The notes below the pieces were generated by a model. It was not told the DNA's origin. It ran no database searches and was given only the letters and a program-made list of their open reading frames with translations. Position numbers and translations under genes: made by a program. Source: a virus. From it: a stretch of 64,000 nucleotides of DNA. This document shows, piece after piece, positions 10,075 to 19,749 of the stretch (its first letter is position 1; every line of letters begins with the position of its first letter). The stretch lies in IMG/VR virus record IMGVR_UViG_3300025769_000069; one strand, 5' to 3'.

Positions 10075-12297
10075 ATGGTAAAAAAACCATTTATAATAAA
10101 AGATCAGGAACTGAGAGTCGGTAACAATAGAGTTATTGACTCAGATGGGCAATGGGTTGGATCAACAACTGGAATCTCTGGTTATCAAGGAGATACTGGA
10201 GTTAGTGGTGCTCAGGGTAGGCAGGGTGTAGCTGGTATTCTTGGAGTTGCAGGCTTTCAAGGACCGGGTGGAGCAACTGGTGCTGGGGGTGCTCAAGGTG
10301 TCCAAGGTTCTGCTGGATCAGCTGGTCCTCAAGGTTTCCAAGGTCGACAAGGTTTTCAAGGTGTTCAAGGATATACTGGTGTTCAAGGTCCACAGGGACC
10401 TCAAGGATCTACTGGTGCAACTGGTAGACAAGGTGTCGGTGGTGTTCAAGGTGCTGCTGGCCGGCAGGGTGTCCAAGGTGCACAAGGTCCTCAGGGACCA
10501 CAGGGACCACAAGGTTCAAGAGGGCCACAGGGTGGCGCTGGACCCACTGGAGCAACAGGTAGAACTGGTGTTGCCGGTGTTCAAGGTTATCAGGGTGTTC
10601 AAGGCTACCAGGGAACTCAGGGTGCTCGTGGACCACAGGGACCGCAAGGTCCAGTAGGACCAACTGGTGCGACTGGTCGACAAGGTGCTCAGGGTGCTGC
10701 TGGTCGTCAGGGTGTTCAAGGATACCAGGGAACACAGGGTGCTAGAGGACCACAAGGACCGCAGGGTCCGGTAGGACCAACTGGAGCATCTGGTCGTCAA
10801 GGTGGAGTTCCAGGTGCCGGCACAGTAACTTATCAAATATATTCAACTCATGGTGGCAGCGGTAACACTAGTCAATACTCAAATTTTCCTACAAACTCTA
10901 CAAACTTTGATGCGTATTTCAATACAAACTATTCAAACACAACTTTGCACAGCTCTGGTTCAGCTGCAATAACTACAATTTTAAATTGGACAAATTATAC
11001 TACTTTGACTGGTGCTGGAATATCAGTACCAAATTCTGGTAATTATTTTTCTGTAATAGTTTCAGGTACGTTCAGACCTCTTGAAACTGGTACTTACACG
11101 TTTACTGCAGAATCTGATGATGCTATTGACTTGTTTATTAATAATACTAATGTGGCTAGTTTTTATGGCGGAAGAGGTACTCCAGCTTTAGGAACAACTA
11201 CAGGAACCATTTCTTTAACCGCTGGTACTACATATACGTTTAGAGCTCGTACTCAAGAGTATGGTGGTGGCGAAGGTATGAGAGTCTTTTGGAAAAAGCC
11301 ATCAGAATCTGCTGGTTCAACATGGTATCAACACACTGCTGAACTTGGTGTTGCCGGCACAAGAGGACCTCTTGGTTATCAAGGAACTCAGGGTGCTCGT
11401 GGACCACAGGGACCTCAAGGACCGGTAGGACCAAATGGTGCTACTGGCCGACAAGGTGTCGGAGGCGCGCAAGGTCGTCAAGGTGTTCAAGGCTACCAGG
11501 GAACTCAGGGACCACAGGGATCAAGAGGACCACAGGGTTCTAGAGGACCACAGGGAGCAACTGGTAGACAAGGTCATCAGGGTGTTCAGGGTTATCAGGG
11601 TGTTCAGGGTTATCAGGGACCAAGAGGACCGCAAGGCGCTAGAGGACCACAGGGAGCAAGAGGTCCACAGGGTCCTACAGGACCAGCAGGAGCAACTGGT
11701 GTTGGTGGTGCAACTGGTCCTGGTGGACCAGCATCTTACACAGGATATACTGGTAGATCTGGTGTTCAAGGTAAGGCTGGTGCTCAGGGTTATCAGGGTG
11801 CCCAGGGATCTAGAGGACCACAAGGTCCACAAGGAACTTCATCTGCAAGTGGTGGATACAATCCTGCTACTGTTACACATAGCTATCTTTCAGTAAATAT
11901 TGGAGCAGCTTCTCCTACTGGAACAATTCAAGCAACTGGATCTATTACTGCTGGATATTCTGACAAAAGATTAAAACATGAAATTGAAATTATTAAAGAC
12001 GCAGTTGATAAATTAAAGTCTATTACTGGAATTTATTTTAGAACAAATGAAACCGGAAAGAAATTAGGTTTGGATACTGGAAGAAGACAAATTGGCTTGA
12101 TTGCTCAACAAATAGAAGCAATCGCTCCAGAATTAGTAACCAAAGCAGCATTAGCTGAAGAATTAGATAATGGAAATAATTATCTTACTGTAAAGTATGA
12201 TCGAGTAGTTGCTCTATTGTTACAAGCTATAAAAGAACAACAAGCACAAATAAATATATTGAAGCAAAAAGTAGAGCAAAGAGAAGTAAATGGCTAA
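10075..12297 (+). CDS. Collagen-like fibre 1 with inserted PA14-like domain and C-terminal S74 intramolecular chaperone
   Basis: Gly-X-Y at aa ~33-243 and ~425-589; PA14-like [24 protein letters not shown]...[16 protein letters not shown]; S74 motif YSDKRLK...IGLIAQQIE...LTVKY...LLQAIKE. Confidence 0.85.
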   Translation: MVKKPFIIKDQELRVGNNRVIDSDGQWVGSTTGISGYQGDTGVSGAQGRQGVAGILGVAGFQGPGGATGAGGAQGVQGSAGSAGPQGFQGRQGFQGVQGYTGVQGPQGPQGSTGATGRQGVGGVQGAAGRQGVQGAQGPQGPQGPQGSRGPQGGAGPTGATGRTGVAGVQGYQGVQGYQGTQGARGPQGPQGPVGPTGATGRQGAQGAAGRQGVQGYQGTQGARGPQGPQGPVGPTGASGRQGGVPGAGTVTYQIYSTHGGSGNTSQYSNFPTNSTNFDAYFNTNYSNTTLHSSGSAAITTILNWTNYTTLTGAGISVPNSGNYFSVIVSGTFRPLETGTYTFTAESDDAIDLFINNTNVASFYGGRGTPALGTTTGTISLTAGTTYTFRARTQEYGGGEGMRVFWKKPSESAGSTWYQHTAELGVAGTRGPLGYQGTQGARGPQGPQGPVGPNGATGRQGVGGAQGRQGVQGYQGTQGPQGSRGPQGSRGPQGATGRQGHQGVQGYQGVQGYQGPRGPQGARGPQGARGPQGPTGPAGATGVGGATGPGGPASYTGYTGRSGVQGKAGAQGYQGAQGSRGPQGPQGTSSASGGYNPATVTHSYLSVNIGAASPTGTIQATGSITAGYSDKRLKHEIEIIKDAVDKLKSITGIYFRTNETGKKLGLDTGRRQIGLIAQQIEAIAPELVTKAALAEELDNGNNYLTVKYDRVVALLLQAIKEQQAQINILKQKVEQREVNG

Positions 12298-13963
12298 GAA
12301 ACCCTTTATAGTTCAAGAAGGAGTTACTGTTAATGGCACAGATGTCATTGACAATACCGGAAAGTGGGTTGCTAGCGCTGTTAATATTAGAGGTCCTCAA
12401 GGACCACAGGGTAGACAAGGTGCTCAAGGACCACAGGGTAGATCTGGATTAGATGGATCTCAAGGTCCACAGGGTGCAACCGGAGTTGCTGGGTTCCAAG
12501 GTCGCCAAGGTGCTCAAGGTGCAGTTGGTGCTCAAGGGATACAAGGTCCTCAGGGACCACAAGGACCACAAGGTGCTCGTGGGCCACAAGGTTCTGCTGG
12601 ACCAACAGGTGCAACTGGAGTTGCAGGTGTTCAAGGTTATCAGGGTGTTCAAGGATATACTGGTGTACAAGGTGCACAAGGTGTTCAAGGTTCTGCTGGA
12701 CCAACTGGTGCTGGAGGTAGAACTGGTGTTGGTGGTGTAACAGGTCCAACTAGTGGCGTAACAGGGTTTCAAGGTTATCAGGGTCGACAAGGTACACAAG
12801 GACCGCAAGGTGCTAGAGGACCGCAAGGACCAACCGGTGTTGGCGGGGTCGGTGGATCCACCGGTGCTTCAAGTAGTGTTGCTGGGTATCAAGGTAGACA
12901 GGGTGCAGTTGGTGCTCAAGGAACACAAGGTCCAAGAGGTCCTCAAGGTCCAACTGGTGTTGGAGGAGTAGGCGGGTCCACCGGTGCTTCAAGTAGTGTA
13001 GCAGGTTATCAAGGCAGACAAGGATCAAATGGTGCTCAAGGCGGGACAGGACCACGGGGACCACAAGGTCCAACCGGTGTTGGAGGAGTAGGCGGATCCA
13101 CCGGTGCTTCAAGTAGTGTTGCTGGTGTTCAAGGCTACCAAGGTGTTCAAGGTTATCAGGGAACTCAAGGTGCTAGAGGACCACAGGGATCGACCGGTGC
13201 AACTGGTGTTGGTGGTGTAACAGGTGTTGGTGGTGTAACAGGTACTCAAGGTGTTCAAGGTCCTCAAGGTTCGCGTGGACCACAGGGTTCTAGAGGACCA
13301 CAAGGTTCAACAGGTGTTACTGGTGTTGGTGGTGTTAGTGGTGCAGCAAGTGCTACTACTGGTCCGACAGGTAGAACTGGTTTCCAAGGCGTTCAGGGAT
13401 ATGCTGGTTATCAAGGTGCTAGAGGACCGCAAGGACCACAGGGTGCTCAAGGTTATCAGGGAACTCAAGGTGCTAGAGGACCACAAGGAGGAGGAGGACC
13501 AACTGGTGTGGCTGGTGCTCAGGGTGCTGCTGGAGCAGTTACTAATACTGCTCAAGTATTAGCATTTGGCGTTGGAACTCCAGCTGGACCAACTGGAGAT
13601 CTAAGAGCATCTGGTAACATTGTATCATATTATTCAGATATTAGATTAAAAGATAAAATTGAATATATTAAAGATCCAAATGTAAAAATAAAGAATTTAA
13701 ATGGTGTATTTTATACTCAAAATGAATTTGCTGAAAAATATGGATACCATGATTATAGAACACAAGTTGGATTAATTGCTCAAGAAGTAAATAAAATATT
13801 ACCTGAAGTTATTGAAGATGCTCCTTTTAACTTAAGAGACAATACAGACGATAAATATTTAACAGTGCGTTATGAACACATTGTTCCTTTATTAGTTGAA
13901 GCTATAAAAGAACAACAAGAAGAAATAGAAGAACTATCTAGGGTATTGTTAAATGGCGACTAA
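12290..13963 (+). CDS. Collagen-like fibre 2 with C-terminal S74 chaperone
   Basis: Gly-X-Y aa ~35-417; YSDIRLK...VGLIAQEV...[18 protein letters not shown]. Confidence 0.85.
   Translation: MAKKPFIVQEGVTVNGTDVIDNTGKWVASAVNIRGPQGPQGRQGAQGPQGRSGLDGSQGPQGATGVAGFQGRQGAQGAVGAQGIQGPQGPQGPQGARGPQGSAGPTGATGVAGVQGYQGVQGYTGVQGAQGVQGSAGPTGAGGRTGVGGVTGPTSGVTGFQGYQGRQGTQGPQGARGPQGPTGVGGVGGSTGASSSVAGYQGRQGAVGAQGTQGPRGPQGPTGVGGVGGSTGASSSVAGYQGRQGSNGAQGGTGPRGPQGPTGVGGVGGSTGASSSVAGVQGYQGVQGYQGTQGARGPQGSTGATGVGGVTGVGGVTGTQGVQGPQGSRGPQGSRGPQGSTGVTGVGGVSGAASATTGPTGRTGFQGVQGYAGYQGARGPQGPQGAQGYQGTQGARGPQGGGGPTGVAGAQGAAGAVTNTAQVLAFGVGTPAGPTGDLRASGNIVSYYSDIRLKDKIEYIKDPNVKIKNLNGVFYTQNEFAEKYGYHDYRTQVGLIAQEVNKILPEVIEDAPFNLRDNTDDKYLTVRYEHIVPLLVEAIKEQQEEIEELSRVLLNGD
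12820..13160 (+). repeat. Three tandem 120-nt (40-aa) repeats in collagen 2
   Basis: Rows starting 12841, 12961 and 13081 align; each encodes [17 protein letters not shown]. Confidence 0.85.
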
Positions 13964-15635
13964 AAAGTTTGACATAAAAAATGGATTAACTATCAGAGGT
14001 AGTTCAAATATCCCAGTAATTGATAGTGATGGTAATTGGATAGGTCCAACAACTTTAGTTGGTACTGGTCCGCAGGGTGCTCAGGGTGCTGCCGGTCCGC
14101 AAGGTGTTCAAGGAACAAATGGTACACAAGGACCATCTGGTCCGCAGGGTGTTCAAGGTCCTCAAGGTCCTCAGGGACCAGCTGGAAGACAGGGTACAAA
14201 TCCAACAGGAGCAACTGGTGTTGGTGGTAGAACTGGTGTTGGTGGTGTAACAGGTGCAACTAGTGGTGTAGCTGGTTTCCAAGGCCGACAAGGTACACAA
14301 GGACCGCAAGGTGCTAGAGGACCACAAGGTCCACAAGGTGTTCAGGGAGCAGCTGGAGTATCAAATGCAACTGGTTTCCAAGGTCGACAAGGTTATCAAG
14401 GTGTTCAAGGATATACTGGTGTTCAAGGACCACAAGGTCCACAGGGACCTCAAGGATCTACTGGTGCTACTGGCCGACAAGGTGTTGGTGGTCGACAAGG
14501 TGTTCAGGGTGTTCAGGGATATACTGGTTATCAGGGTCCTCAAGGACCGCAAGGACCACAGGGAGCAGCTGGTCGTCAGGGATCAACTGGTGCAACGGGT
14601 GTAGCTGGTAGACAAGGTCATCAGGGTGTTCAGGGATATACTGGTTATCAAGGTACTCAGGGTCCTCAAGGACCACAGGGTCCAGCAGGAGCACAGGGTG
14701 CAGTTGGTGCTCAAGGTGGTTCTGGTCGTCAAGGTCGTCAAGGTGTTCAGGGATATACTGGTTATCAGGGTGCGCAAGGTGCTAGAGGACCACAAGGTGC
14801 TAGAGGACCACAAGGTCCAACCGGTAGAATTGGTGTAACTGGTGTGGCTGGTCGACAAGGTTATCAAGGTGTTCAGGGTTATCAAGGTGTTCAGGGTTAT
14901 CAAGGACCAGCAGGAGCAACTGGTAGAGGTGGTGTTGCTGGCCGTCAAGGTGTTACTGGCCGTCAAGGTGTTCAGGGTTATCAAGGCGTTCAGGGTTATG
15001 GCGGAGCATCTGGTTATCAAGGTACACAAGGACCACAGGGTCCTAGAGGACCGCAAGGGCCGCAAGGAGCAGCGACAGGGACAGGTCCTCAAGGTTCGCG
15101 TGGACCACAGGGTCCAACTGGAGTAACTGGTCCTTCAGGTGTTGCTGGTAGACAAGGTGCTCAAGGTTATCAGGGATACGCCGGCGTAGCTGGAACAACA
15201 ACTCAAGTAGATAAACTATTAGTTGGATCTCCAGCACCAGCATCAACTTCAATGGGAGTTGGAGATATTAGAGCAGCAAGTTATATTACAGCAGGTTACT
15301 CTGATATTAGATTAAAAAATGTAAAAGGGCCAATAGATAATCCTATAAAAAGAATTAGCAAATTAAATGGTTATTATTATTCTCCAAATGAATTAGCAAA
15401 AAATATTGCAAATGACTTTTCTGGACGGAAAATTGGCCTGATTGCTCAAGAATTAGAACAGGCTTTACCTGAAGTACTTAGAGGTGCTCCGTTTGATATA
15501 AATAAGCATGGACATAGTATTTCTGGCGAGAAGTATTTAACAGTGGACTATCCAAGAGTAATTCCTTTATTAATTGAAGCACTAAAGGAACAAAAAAATC
15601 AAATAGATGATTTAAAATCTAGAATAGGAAAATAA
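13953..15635 (+). CDS. Collagen-like fibre 3 with C-terminal S74 chaperone
   Basis: Gly-X-Y aa ~39-416; YSDIRLK...IGLIAQELE...LTVDYPRVIPLLIEALKE. Confidence 0.85.
   Translation: MATKKFDIKNGLTIRGSSNIPVIDSDGNWIGPTTLVGTGPQGAQGAAGPQGVQGTNGTQGPSGPQGVQGPQGPQGPAGRQGTNPTGATGVGGRTGVGGVTGATSGVAGFQGRQGTQGPQGARGPQGPQGVQGAAGVSNATGFQGRQGYQGVQGYTGVQGPQGPQGPQGSTGATGRQGVGGRQGVQGVQGYTGYQGPQGPQGPQGAAGRQGSTGATGVAGRQGHQGVQGYTGYQGTQGPQGPQGPAGAQGAVGAQGGSGRQGRQGVQGYTGYQGAQGARGPQGARGPQGPTGRIGVTGVAGRQGYQGVQGYQGVQGYQGPAGATGRGGVAGRQGVTGRQGVQGYQGVQGYGGASGYQGTQGPQGPRGPQGPQGAATGTGPQGSRGPQGPTGVTGPSGVAGRQGAQGYQGYAGVAGTTTQVDKLLVGSPAPASTSMGVGDIRAASYITAGYSDIRLKNVKGPIDNPIKRISKLNGYYYSPNELAKNIANDFSGRKIGLIAQELEQALPEVLRGAPFDINKHGHSISGEKYLTVDYPRVIPLLIEALKEQKNQIDDLKSRIGK
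15497..15504 (+). promoter_or_regulatory. Candidate internal late promoter for the hydroxylase cluster
   Basis: Exact TATAAATA inside the 3' end of collagen 3, ~135 nt before the next ORF; could be chance in AT-rich DNA. Confidence 0.45.
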
Positions 15636-15639
15636 AGAA

Positions 15640-15894
15640 ATGGCAATAGATCTTTCTACACAAGATATAGAAACACATTCTAAAGAAGGTTTCTTCAATG
15701 AAAACGAAACTGCAGTAGACGCTTCAGTAAATGCTTCTGGATGGTGGAAATTAACTATGGTTGATGGAACATTTACAGCAGCAGCAGCTGCTACTGAAGC
15801 TGAAGATGGTGCAACTGTAAATGAAGCAGCGCAATTAGTATATAATGTGGATGAAACAACTATTCATATGTATGTTAATTTTAACGTAGAATAA
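15640..15894 (+). CDS. Small acidic hypothetical protein
   Basis: 84-aa ORF tightly packed in the operon. Confidence 0.6.
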   Translation: MAIDLSTQDIETHSKEGFFNENETAVDASVNASGWWKLTMVDGTFTAAAAATEAEDGATVNEAAQLVYNVDETTIHMYVNFNVE

Positions 15895-15916
15895 AATTTA
15901 ATTTTTGAGGTGATTT

Positions 15917-16495
15917 ATGGCATGGCAAGGTGATTGGTGTTATTTTGAATCGTATTTAAATAAACAAGACTGTGAAGAAATAATCGCTCAAGCAAAACTA
16001 TTACCATCACAAGATGCAGTAGTTGGTTTGGGTGAAGATGCTCATCTTACGGAATATCGTAAAAGTAAAGTATCATTTATTCAAGCAGGTGATTGGAGAT
16101 TTCAAAAATTATTTGATGCTTTATGGAAAACACAAATTCAAGCAAATAAAGATTTCTTTAATATCCACGTTAATAGACTTGATTTTGTACAATTTGCAGA
16201 ATATGATGCATCTATTCAAGGCGAATATAAAGAGCATGTAGATACTTTTTGGATGAATGGCGATCCAACACATCATAGAAAAATATCATGTGTATTGCAA
16301 TTATCGGATCCAAATGACTATGATGGTGGTGATTTAGAAATTGTAGATTCTTCTAATCCACCAGATCCAAAAGATTACAGAGCTCAAGGAACTTTTATCT
16401 ATTTTCCTTCAGTCTTAAAACACAAAGCAAATCCAGTTACGAGAGGAACTAGATATAGTATTGCTGCGTGGTTTGAAGGCCCTAAATGGATTTAG
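15917..16495 (+). CDS. 2OG-Fe(II) dioxygenase (PKHD/prolyl-hydroxylase-like)
   Basis: HVD...RKISCVLQLS...YDGGDL...HKANPVTRGTRYSIAAW. Confidence 0.85.
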   Translation: MAWQGDWCYFESYLNKQDCEEIIAQAKLLPSQDAVVGLGEDAHLTEYRKSKVSFIQAGDWRFQKLFDALWKTQIQANKDFFNIHVNRLDFVQFAEYDASIQGEYKEHVDTFWMNGDPTHHRKISCVLQLSDPNDYDGGDLEIVDSSNPPDPKDYRAQGTFIYFPSVLKHKANPVTRGTRYSIAAWFEGPKWI

Positions 16496-17220
16496 CGCAA
16501 GCAAAAGAGTATGATGTTCCTTTTAAATACTTCGTGATAGACAATTTTTTAAAAGCTGATTTAGCACATACTTTATCAAAACAGTTCCCTTCACATTCTT
16601 CTAAAAAATGGTTTGCTTATGACAATCCATTAGAAAGAAAAAAGGCTATTCAAAACTGGGGATCTTTTCCACCGGAAACTTATCAGTTATTTTTATCATT
16701 ATGTTGCGAAAAGTTTACTGATAAATTAAGAAAGCTAACCGGGGATGCATGTCTTAAGCCTGATTATGGATTACATGGTGCTGGTTGGCATATGAGCAAA
16801 AGTGGAGATCATTTAAATATTCATCAAGATTATTCTATTCATCCACTAGCTAATATGCAAAGGAAATGGAACATTATAATCTATCTTACTCCAAACTGGA
16901 AAAAAGAATGGGGTGGAAATTTAGAATTTTGGAGCCATAATGAAGAATTAAATCAAGCAAAGAAAAAAGAAGTATCTATTGATTGTGTATTTAATAGAGC
17001 TGTTTTGTTTGATACCACTCAAAATTCATGGCATGGATTTCCAGAAACAATTAAATGTCCTCAAGGAATATACCGAAAAAGCATTGCAATGTATTATTTG
17101 TCGCCAATACAAGAGAGTGCTGTTGATAGACCTAGAGCATTATATAGTCCACGAGAAGATCAAATAAATAACGATAAGATCCTTGAATTTATTAAGAAAC
17201 GTGCTGAGAAAACATCATGA
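16486..17220 (+). CDS. 2OG-Fe(II) dioxygenase (Tpa1/OGFOD1-like proline hydroxylase family)
   Basis: HQD...IIYLTPNW..EWGGNLEFW...FNRAVLF...WHG...RKSIAMYY. Confidence 0.85.
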   Translation: MDLAQAKEYDVPFKYFVIDNFLKADLAHTLSKQFPSHSSKKWFAYDNPLERKKAIQNWGSFPPETYQLFLSLCCEKFTDKLRKLTGDACLKPDYGLHGAGWHMSKSGDHLNIHQDYSIHPLANMQRKWNIIIYLTPNWKKEWGGNLEFWSHNEELNQAKKKEVSIDCVFNRAVLFDTTQNSWHGFPETIKCPQGIYRKSIAMYYLSPIQESAVDRPRALYSPREDQINNDKILEFIKKRAEKTS

Positions 17221-18944
17221 ATAAAGAATGTAAAATTGTTATGGTAGCCATGTTTAAGAACGAAGCACATGTTCTTCGAAACATGCTTGATTCTGTAGTT
17301 GGATATATTGATTATTATGTAATTCAAGATAATGGATCTACAGATGGTTCTCCTGATATTGTAAATGAATGGGCTGCTGAGAATAATATTCCAGGTGTTC
17401 TTTATAAAGTTGAAGAAGGCTGGAAAGGATTTGGCTGGAATAGAGATCATTTAATTCGTTATTGCCAAAATGAAGTCGATCATGGTTGTGATTGGATTCT
17501 TAAAATGGATTGCGATGAAACATTAGAAGTTTATGATGATTTTGATTGGTCCGTATTTAATGATAAAACAGTTCATGGATTTAATATTCCAGCAATTTCT
17601 GGTTCAGCTGTATATTATAGAACATGGTTATGGAATGCAAATATGCAATGGGCGTTTAACCACGATCCATGCCATGAAACCATTTATTGTTTAGATCCAG
17701 AAATTGACCATGAATATAATACTTATCCGCTTCAAATAGGGTTTAATCAAATTGGATCAAATTCTGGAATGTCTTGGTCAGTTCCAACTAAATTTATTTC
17801 AGATTCTCTTGTACTTGAAGAAAAACTTATTCGTGAGCAAAATCTTTTAGAAAATATGTATCACTTTTGGTATATTGGTAAAAGCTATAGAGATGCAATG
17901 GAATCATCTGCATTTCCATTAGAAAAAAGACATGCTGATGAATATGCTAGACGATCAATTTGGTATTTAAATGAATATATTACTAAAGTTTTTAAAGATA
18001 AAAATGGTAATGTAGGTGTGGATGAGATGTGCTATATGGCTGGCATCATGGCAGCTGAAGCATATATTTTTATGGGTAAAAATGAAGAAGCTATTACTAC
18101 ATTAAAACCATTAGAAAGATTTGCTCCTGGAAGAAACGATCATCTATGGATGCTAGTAAAATTATATAAAGAAACAAAACAATATGATAAAATGCTAGAA
18201 ACAACAACAGTGATGATGGATCCGGATCGCAAGTTTCCATTTCCTCAATACTGCAATTTTATTGATCGGCAGCATTATGTTGATGGAACCGGGGATGTAC
18301 AAAGGTTACATGGTGAAGCTTTACAATTAGTAGAATGGCATTCAACTGAAGAAAAAGAATCTAATAATATATTTTCAATTAATAAGATTCCAACAAAAAG
18401 AGTTTGGGTTGTAGATAATTTTTATGAAAATCCTTATGAAATTAGAGATTGGGCTCTTAATAATCTAACCTTTGAAGACGGATCTGAGTGGTACAAAGGA
18501 TATAGATCTTTAGAAAAATATAGACCAATAGAACTTAAACATAAATTTGAAAATATTATTGGAGAGAAAATTGTAGATTGGGAAGGTGGTATGAATGGAG
18601 TTTTCCAAGTAACTCGTGCTTCTGACCCACAAGTTTGGCATTTTGATGAACAGCGTTGGGCTGGTATGATTTACTTATCACCTGATGCACCATATGAGAG
18701 CGGAACTAGGCTTCATATTTCAAAGATAAATAATGCTAGACATAGTATAGAAGATGCTGATATTATCGACGGCGCATTTAATGGAAACTTTTTTGATTCA
18801 ACTAAGTTTCATAATGTTGATATAGTCGGCAACATTTTTAATCGCCTTGCTATCTTCGATGCAAGACATATCCATTCTGCTGGAGAGTATTTTGGATCTG
18901 ATTTAGAAGATGGTAGACTTACACACTTATTCTTTTTTGACTAA
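17217..18944 (+). CDS. GT2 glycosyltransferase (SunS/flagellin-GT-like) + TPR-like helices + C-terminal 2OG-Fe(II) dioxygenase-like domain
   Basis: MFKNEA...DNGSTDG...WILKMDCDE...HE at N-terminus; WYIGKSY helical region; C-terminal VVDNFYENP...HFD...WAGMIYL...FNRL..FD...HSA...GRL. Confidence 0.75.
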   Translation: MNKECKIVMVAMFKNEAHVLRNMLDSVVGYIDYYVIQDNGSTDGSPDIVNEWAAENNIPGVLYKVEEGWKGFGWNRDHLIRYCQNEVDHGCDWILKMDCDETLEVYDDFDWSVFNDKTVHGFNIPAISGSAVYYRTWLWNANMQWAFNHDPCHETIYCLDPEIDHEYNTYPLQIGFNQIGSNSGMSWSVPTKFISDSLVLEEKLIREQNLLENMYHFWYIGKSYRDAMESSAFPLEKRHADEYARRSIWYLNEYITKVFKDKNGNVGVDEMCYMAGIMAAEAYIFMGKNEEAITTLKPLERFAPGRNDHLWMLVKLYKETKQYDKMLETTTVMMDPDRKFPFPQYCNFIDRQHYVDGTGDVQRLHGEALQLVEWHSTEEKESNNIFSINKIPTKRVWVVDNFYENPYEIRDWALNNLTFEDGSEWYKGYRSLEKYRPIELKHKFENIIGEKIVDWEGGMNGVFQVTRASDPQVWHFDEQRWAGMIYLSPDAPYESGTRLHISKINNARHSIEDADIIDGAFNGNFFDSTKFHNVDIVGNIFNRLAIFDARHIHSAGEYFGSDLEDGRLTHLFFFD

Positions 18945-18946
18945 AC

Positions 18947-19678
18947 ATGATAAACAATCAAATCCTTTCAGTACTAGACACATCGATTGCCTCTTATAGA
19001 GAAGCATACCCCTTTCCTCATACCATATTAGATAATTTCTTAGATCCTTGGATCCTAAAACAAGCTATACCTGAAATAGAAAACTATCAACACTGGAGAC
19101 AAGATAACACAGAATGGGTAGAAGACTATCAAATTTTAAAACAATACGCTCCTGATGTGGTAGCAGTTCCAGATGATGTGGAAATCTTAGGTAAGTATGC
19201 TCCAAAAACAAAACTTATTTTAGATTATATGTATTCTGAAACAGTAATAAACTTTCTTCAAGATTTAACTGGTATTCAAGGATTATTACCCGATGAAAAC
19301 TGGTTAGGCGCAGGAATACATAAAATTTCAAGAGGTGGGAAGTTAGGTATCCATGCAGATTTTAATGTAAATTTTGTTAACAACCTTCATCGTAGAATTA
19401 ATGTTTTGATTTATTTAAATGAAGATTGGAATCCAGAATGGAATGGACACCTTGAATTATGGGATAAAGATTTATCAAAATGTTGTGTTAAAGTAGAACC
19501 TATTTTTAATAGAGCAGTAATATTTAATATCACAGACGACGCATTTCATGGACATCCAGAGCCTCTCCAGTGTCCTGAAACTGTATCCAGATATTCACTT
19601 GCATTATACTATTATACGCAAGATAGACCAGAAGAAGAAAAATCAGATCCACATGCGGTTATTTGGTACGACACGTAA
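18947..19678 (+). CDS. 2OG-Fe(II) dioxygenase (Tpa1/OGFOD1-like), paralogue of 16486
   Basis: PFPH.ILDNFL...HAD...RRINVLIYLN..W...W.GHLELW...FHGHP...RYSLALYYY. Confidence 0.85.
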   Translation: MINNQILSVLDTSIASYREAYPFPHTILDNFLDPWILKQAIPEIENYQHWRQDNTEWVEDYQILKQYAPDVVAVPDDVEILGKYAPKTKLILDYMYSETVINFLQDLTGIQGLLPDENWLGAGIHKISRGGKLGIHADFNVNFVNNLHRRINVLIYLNEDWNPEWNGHLELWDKDLSKCCVKVEPIFNRAVIFNITDDAFHGHPEPLQCPETVSRYSLALYYYTQDRPEEEKSDPHAVIWYDT

Positions 19679-19685
19679 TTTAGTG

Positions 19686-19714
19686 GTTTACATTCCAGAA
19701 AAACAGTATATAAT
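19686..19714 (+). promoter_or_regulatory. T4 early-type sigma70 promoter
   Basis: GTTTAC-17 nt-TATAAT in intergenic gap. Confidence 0.75.
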
Positions 19715-19749
19715 AAAAGTATAGACTTTTCAAACCAGGATAGTATATT

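Noticed and set aside
10202-15252. Many alternative-frame and minus-strand ORFs over the collagen genes
   Set aside because: Shadows of the Gly-X-Y codon periodicity; low complexity and no SD
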